This document shows positions 63,728 to 64,000 of a stretch of 64,000 nucleotides of DNA, in pieces (positions within the stretch are counted from its first letter, which is position 1; the number at the start of each line of letters is the position of its first letter). The DNA comes from an uncultured Nitrososphaerales archaeon. Its GTDB lineage: Archaea; Thermoproteota; Nitrososphaeria; Nitrososphaerales; Nitrososphaeraceae. Under the pieces are notes generated by a model. The model made no database searches. It was not told the DNA's origin and saw only the letters and a program-made list of their open reading frames with translations. The stretch spans positions 32,001-96,000 of the forward strand of contig CAVOHZ010000004.1 of NCBI GenBank assembly GCA_963695855.1, given 5' to 3'. The position numbers were made by a program, and so were the translations under genes.

Positions 63728-64000
63728 ATGAAATTATCTAAATCGCTTATCTTTCTTTTCTCTTTAGCATTCATTTTTATAGTTTATACCGGTATCAAAT
63801 TAGTTAATCCAAATACATCATCTCACTCTCAAGAAGAAAAGGTACAAAGAATAATTGGAGGTCACACCCCAGGATATAGCACTTCAACAACAAATAGGGA
63901 ACTTATTGATCCAATTTCTCAAAAGATACCAATTGAAGATGCAGTAATAGATCCTGATAAATACTTGAGAGATTTTAATTATGGAAGAGTATCAGTCTCA
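63728..64000 (+). CDS. Secreted protein, probably multicopper oxidase N-terminus (truncated by window end)
   Basis: MKLSKSLIFLFSLAFIFIV... signal; 'DPDKYLRDFNYGRVS' resembles the pre-domain motif of two-domain multicopper oxidases; Cu ligands would lie beyond the window. Confidence 0.55.
   Translation, partial: MKLSKSLIFLFSLAFIFIVYTGIKLVNPNTSSHSQEEKVQRIIGGHTPGYSTSTTNRELIDPISQKIPIEDAVIDPDKYLRDFNYGRVSVS

Noticed and set aside
1-64000. tRNA, rRNA or structured ncRNA genes
   Set aside because: No GC-rich non-coding stretch with cloverleaf or rRNA signatures seen by eye; tRNAscan-SE and Infernal would be needed to exclude small RNAs

Overview
AT-rich archaeal chromosomal window. Gene content (CDC48, family-5 UDG, class III cyclase-REC fusion, PLD/TrmB-like-domain histidine kinase, many small CxxC proteins, IS remnants of types I associate with Nitrososphaeraceae) points to a soil ammonia-oxidising thaumarchaeon, probably Nitrosocosmicus-like; this taxonomy is an inference. 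No rRNA, tRNA or CRISPR array was found. Main observations: (1) an identical 18-bp palindrome TTTTTCGGCGCCGAAAAA occurs in three intergenic regions, one about 120 bp downstream of a parA-parB pair inside a two-component locus, making it a candidate archaeal parS; (2) an 8.6-kb island of signal-peptide-less proteases (papain-like C1A plus chagasin inhibitor, NucA-type nuclease, metacaspase, CHAT, TPR-pYEATS, decayed protealysin plus emfourin) resembles a proteolytic defence or cell-death system; (3) three divergent paralogs of an uncharacterised family and a polytopic membrane protein lie among four IS remnants; (4) a putative copper cluster includes a membrane protein with two AmoC/PmoC-like D-x3-H-x12-H motifs; (5) one IS with 17-bp TIRs and an 8-bp TSD, several tandem repeats, and many genes broken by one or two point lesions. 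All family assignments are by-eye motif recognition, not database searches.
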